Shown piece by piece: positions 58,323 through 64,000 of a DNA stretch of 64,000 bases. The number at the start of each line of letters is the position of its first letter. Within the stretch, counting starts at the first letter, position 1. Origin of the DNA: Octopus vulgaris (lineage: Eukaryota). The notes beneath the pieces are model-generated. The model did no database searches, had not been told where the DNA came from, and saw only the letters and a list, made by a program, of their open reading frames with translations. The stretch is from contig OX597820.1 of NCBI GenBank assembly GCA_951406725.2, positions 104,656,001 through 104,720,000 on the forward strand, read 5' to 3'. Position numbers and translations under genes: made by a program.

Positions 58323-59583
58323 GTTTCTTTACTAGCCACACAGGGCTGCACACAGATAGAACAAATTACAAGGTAGAGCTTTTCTTTTGAAGGTTTTAAA
58401 AAAAAAAAAAAAAAAAAGGAAGGGGGAGTTTCGATCAAAAGGGATCGTAAAAGGAGAGAAAGAGGACAAAAAAAGGGGGTTAAAAAAAAGGGGGAGAGAA
58501 AAAAAAAATTGATCAATAGGGATCGTTATCACAGAAATGTCAATATGAAGTGTAAAGGGGAGGACAGGTGAGGTTTACCCGTGGAAAGAAAAGCCTACGG
58601 AAAAGACCACGGTAACCTCGGTCAATGAAGTCACATTTTATATTTCTTTTTTTTTTTTTTTTTTTTTTGCAAATAAGCAACTTTCTGTTTTCGATTTCTG
58701 GGTTCATAGGACTATGCTCAAGGTGGCTTCGTCATTCATACGTGCCATTCTTGCTACATTCACCCATCTTTTTTTAAAACATTCGCTAGACAAAACTTGC
58801 TTCTCTACTCACTTTCCTTTTCAAGTGGTACTTGAAGAAGTTGATGAGAGATTGACCAGAGAGGAAAGTGTTTGTCTCCAATCCTTTCAGACGCGTCCAC
58901 CAGATACATTCCTTCGCCATAGCCACAAGGATGATGAAAATAGCTCTTCCTTCCCGTTTGAAGGAAGGAGGCGTGACAATATTGACGATAGACTCAGCTG
59001 ATAAACCGACTCGTCCCACACGTGACAGCAGTTGTTCGACATAAGCCCACAGGTCGGAAATTGTTGGACACTGAACGAGTGCGTGCAGAACGGTTTCGTC
59101 GCTCTGACCGCATCTCGGGCAGGTCGGCCCCGTGTTTCTCGAGCCGTGTCTGTAGAGCTTATCCCGAACGGGTAGCGCTTCTCGGTAGCACTGCCAGGCC
59201 AGGGATCTCTGGAAGTTGTCCATGGGCCCTGGCCCGAAAGTCGTCCTGAACAGGCGGGTCAGGTACTCCTCGTCGACGTCCAGGTTCGCCCCGAGCTCGT
59301 CGTCGTACCTCCCCTCCACTAAACCCCTATAGAATGCTTTGGTTGTGTTGAAGTCACTTAAGGTCGACCCAGGACGGCAGAGTTGCTTGAGAGCAACGCG
59401 ACACTCGCGGTGCCATTCGCCCTTCCTCGGCCTCTTTTTGATCCACGACTGCAGTTCGGTCATGGAGACGAGCTGCGGGAAAGCGTGCCTCACAAACGGC
59501 GACCACACCTGTTCACCGTCGTCTACATAGAGCCAGAGATGCCGCAGTCTCAGCGCGTGTCTGCGCATCATCAACCACGGCAT
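58323..59583 (-). mobile_element. 5'-truncated L1/Tx1-type LINE in (GATA)n
   Basis: Very similar to the 3' part of 29293-31652; (GATA)n on both sides. Confidence 0.9.
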
Positions 59584-59664
<81 letters not shown>

Positions 59665-59692
59665 GTAGGTAGATAGATAGATAGATAGATAT

Positions 59693-59803
<111 letters not shown>

Positions 59804-60457
59804 TAGTGATACATACATACATACATACATACATACATACATACATACATACATACAATATATAGTCTATTGGCTAAATTTTTACACGCTAGGCCACTGG
59901 TAATGGAAATTTCAAATATTTCTGATTAACCTTTGACATTATTAATTATATGTGTGTGTGTCTGTGTGTGTGTATTTACACACATGAGTCTGTAAATATA
60001 CATACGCATGTACATGCGTACACTTTTTAGATATATTACATAGATATATTTGTTTATTATATATAAAACATTTGTGATTGTATGTGTTAGTGTATGCATG
60101 CACGTATATGGATATCACAATTCTGTCTCCCTCTCTCACCCTCTCTTCCTCAGTCTCTTCTTCTCTTCCTCATACCCACTCTCCCTCACTCTCCTTCTCA
60201 CACCCACTCTCCCTCACTTTCCCTCTCCCTCTCTCTCTTACTTTTCCCTATTTATCCAATCGTAGATCGTGTGACATTGAAAGTTTTTTGCTTTTCTGGT
60301 TTTTTTTTTTTTGCATTTTTGCTTCCATTTGTTCTTTCAAGATCAATGATGGAAAGTATCTAAAGAGTTGCCTCCTTTTTACTGACCAATTCTTTGATTG
60401 GTAAAGAACTGGTGAGTTAACAAAGAAGGAAGAAGGAAGAAAGAAAAGAAAGCATGA

Positions 60458-60501
<44 letters not shown>

Positions 60502-60634
60502 AGGAATGAAAGAAAGAAAGGCAGGCAGGAAGGAAGGAAGGAAGGGAGGAAGGAAGGAAGAAAGCTAGAAAGAAAGAAAGAAAGAAAGAAAGAAAGGAAA
60601 TTGAGAAGGTAACCTAGAAAGTAGAAAAAAGAAG

Positions 60635-60678
<44 letters not shown>

Positions 60679-61385
60679 ACAAGTAGGTAGGTAGATAGGT
60701 AGGTAGGTAGGTAGGTAGGTAGGTAAAGTAGGGGCGTTAAACAAACAAGATGGAAAGAAATGGAAGAAAAAGGAACGAAAATGGTGGAATATAGTTTCGC
60801 TGTGAAGTTTTCAGCTTAATGTGGTTGGCAATAAAAAGCAGTAAATTGAACTTCGTATTAAGATGATAAGTTTTCTGCAAGTAGCTCTAATTTAATACCA
60901 CTAGAAACTTGTTGAAACTGACGAATTGGATGAGGATGTATCTGTGTGTATAATGTATACGTGTGCATGCGTGTATATGTATGTTCAAGCGTGTAAGTAA
61001 ATGTGTGCGCATGGATGTAAAGAAACAAGTTATCTGTTTGTATAAGAATATAATCATGACATTCGAGGTTCCAGCTCACTATGTGGATCCTTCGGCATAG
61101 ATAGATAAGAAAGTTGTATGAAAACCGATTGGGGTTAGGACTTCAGCTATTTTTTAAAGAATTGACCTGTATTATACATTGTGTCATGATGATGATTTTG
61201 CCTGGTGATTATATTAAGAGTACGAGTGATTATGAAATCTACTCAGACATACCTGTCAACTAACGGCAGGATTTCAGGTAGCGACTGGAGTGTATCACAG
61301 TGGACACGGAGCAACCAGCGGTGGGTCATTCAGAACGTACATTGACAGAGAGTTTGTTAAGCTAACAGCTAGAGATAGTGTAGAG

Positions 61386-61604
61386 CAGTGCTTTTCAAAC
61401 TTTTTGCTGGAGCGGAACCCCAAGGAAACATTTCACTGGCTCGAGGAACCCCTGTGCAATAATTTAATTGTCCTAAGCACACATATCTGCACAAGAGAAT
61501 TAAAAATTACTGTCGATTTTAGCATTTTTGTAACTTCTTGCGGAACCCCTGGACTGTGCTGGCGGAACCCTAAGGTTCCGCGGAACCCTGGTTGAAAACC
61601 ACTG
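61386..61604. mobile_element. hAT (Charlie-like) MITE
   Basis: TIRs CAGTGCTTTTCAA / TTGAAAACCACTG; perfect 8-bp TSD GTGTAGAG on both sides. Confidence 0.9.
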
Positions 61605-64000
61605 GTGTAGAGCATTCACAATTTAAAGTGGTCAGCTACATAGAACACAAATTAATAATGTGCACAAAAAACTTGGGATACAGAGACATGCGTTCGGTTA
61701 TTGGAAGTTGAACACAGCCCAAAAACTTATTAACGATCTAGTCAAGTGGCAGTTGCTGACGGTTTTCGTCAACAACCGGTAATGAGGCATTCCATCGTTC
61801 GATGAGCTCTAATGGAGGCAGCACAACGTGACAGACATCAAAGCCACAATTTAGCATTTAGCGGACCAGGACGGGCGTGTGATACTTGGTTATAAGCATT
61901 CTAGATGTTGTACTGAGTGCACCAATTACCACAGCAACAATTTTCACCTTTATGCTCATGTCTCGCTAGGTCCTGATATTTCTCAAATTTCTGTTTGATA
62001 ATTAGCCACTCTATTTAATTTTATTTTTAAGTAATAACTATTTTTCTTTTGAAAATTAGCATTCATTTCATCATTTTGTATAAGCACCAAGAAATTATAT
62101 TTATTGTTAAATTATAATTAACGTATGTATGCCATATTTGTTGATATTACCTATAATGGCAAAAGTATACTTTCAAATTTACCTGTCGTATGATAGATAA
62201 CTATTTACCTATCATTTATAAGGTGTTTGAGCCAGGAAACTATTCTGATGATATAACACCAAAAGCATTCGGTTACTGCTCGTCACGAGTTGTTTACTTC
62301 AATGTCAAGAATAAAACTATTACTGCAGATAGACTCGAACTCAGCATTTCAAATTTCTTTTTTTTATATATATATATGTTAGTCGGTAACAGAGAGGCAC
62401 TGCTCATGACCGTTGCTTGTCATCCCCTGATTCATGAGATCGAATAAGTCTATGACCAGATCCAATATCTGCAGGGAAAACAATCGTAGCGGGACCAGAT
62501 TTGAGTTTGCATTGAATACTTGCTAAGGAAAACACTTGTCGATTCCATAGTGTTGCTGCTTCTTAACCATTTTGACCGACCATAATTCTATGATATAAAC
62601 TTTCTTTTTTTTTAAATCTTCCATCAAAATTTTATGCTAATTTATGTTCGTGACACCAGTTTAATAATAACAAAGTTATTTTACGAAATTCATCATTATT
62701 TTGAAAATATAAGTGTTAAAGCGGTAAATTACATCGACACCTGCCGCTGCTCTAACTATGACTGTATATCACCAATAGTGCACTTAAGCAAACAGATGTG
62801 TCCAACTAATGATTTATTAATACAAGGTCACAGCCTATAGTAAAGGGGTCCAGTTTATTGAATTATCTACAGTTACTGTTTAATTGATGCCGGATAAATG
62901 AAAATTGCAAAAGTCTAGTCCGAAAAGATTTAAATTGAAGTTGTGAAAGCACACAACTGAATTGTAAAGCCAGACATTTTGTCCGTTACTCTAATATTAA
63001 TTATGACTGCAGACATGGCCGATTCTATGATATAAAGTACACTTTTCCATCATCTCATGACGCGGTATCTTAAGCAATTATTTCTTATCATAATCTCGTA
63101 GCAACCAAAGCTTTGTAAATGGGATTGGGTAGAAGAAAACTCTATGGAAGCTCACTGGATGTAACGAATATGTAATTCTGGTGATTGAACGACTGAATGC
63201 TTATCGTTAGTCTAACACAGGACAGGATCCATCACTATTTCTACCACTTCATAGTACTGCTGTTCAACTAACAGTAATCATATTTCATATCAGTACAACG
63301 ATACACATTCATTTCGGGCATAACTGTGTGGTAAAGATGATCGTTCCGCAACCGCATGACTATCGCACTACAATGTACTTGCAGCAAATGTTTTTGCTTT
63401 GTTAGGCTTTACCTTTTGATTTTTTTTCTTTTTTTTTCTTGCCAGGGTTTTGAGTTGACCAATACTTTGCGAGTAGAATCTAGTACATAGAAACTGTGCA
63501 GAAACCTGCAGTGTGTATAGTTAACAGCATTTACTTGGCTTCAAAATTTTATACAAAGAAATAATTTATTCGAATCCTGTTTACAAATATTGTAATAAAA
63601 TATATCAGCCTCGTAGGGATGAAAAGCAATACACAGAAGCGTGATCTGAACTCGGAATTATACAGGGACACAGCATAAACCTGAAAACATGTTTAACTCA
63701 GGCAAAACTGTATAGTAAAGAAGATCGTTCCCCCACCACATGGTTCTGTGTTCGATCGCACTGGATGTCACATACGGCAAATGTTTTGTTTTTGTATTTT
63801 CATCATAGCCTTAAGTTAATCGGTATCTTATGAGTAGAATCTGGTAGACGGAAACTGTACAGTAGTTTGCTATATTATTAATTAATAACACTAATTGGGC
63901 TGCACAATTCATTATAAAAAGAAGTAATTCATTCGATTCTTGTTCACGAATACTGTATATTTTATCAATCTCGGACGGATAAAAAGCGGAATGCCTTGGC

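Overview
AT-rich, microsatellite-saturated eukaryotic (animal) genomic DNA. The (TA)n/(CA)n/(CATA)n/(GATA)n load and the SINE families resemble octopus/coleoid cephalopod DNA; this is inference, not a database match. Most ORFs in the track are microsatellite artefacts. One plausible host gene is visible: a minus-strand 89-aa secreted peptide with 8 cysteines (21070-21339), with a candidate TATA/Inr promoter and a 32-nt non-coding first exon at ~27.0 kb. The rest is transposable elements: a young full-length 4.25-kb Gypsy-type LTR retrotransposon nested in a Tc1/mariner element, a non-coding LTR element, three L1/Tx1-type LINE copies each embedded in (GATA)n, R4/Dong, RTE and CR1/L2 fragments, two Helitrons, pogo/Tigger and hAT remnants, MITEs, many SINEs and several fold-back palindromes. 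The most striking signal is in the LTR retrotransposon. It has no canonical TGG primer-binding site; the 12 nt abutting its 5' LTR are instead exactly complementary to nucleotides 1-12 of eukaryotic tRNA-Phe, which suggests priming by a short 5' tRNA fragment.
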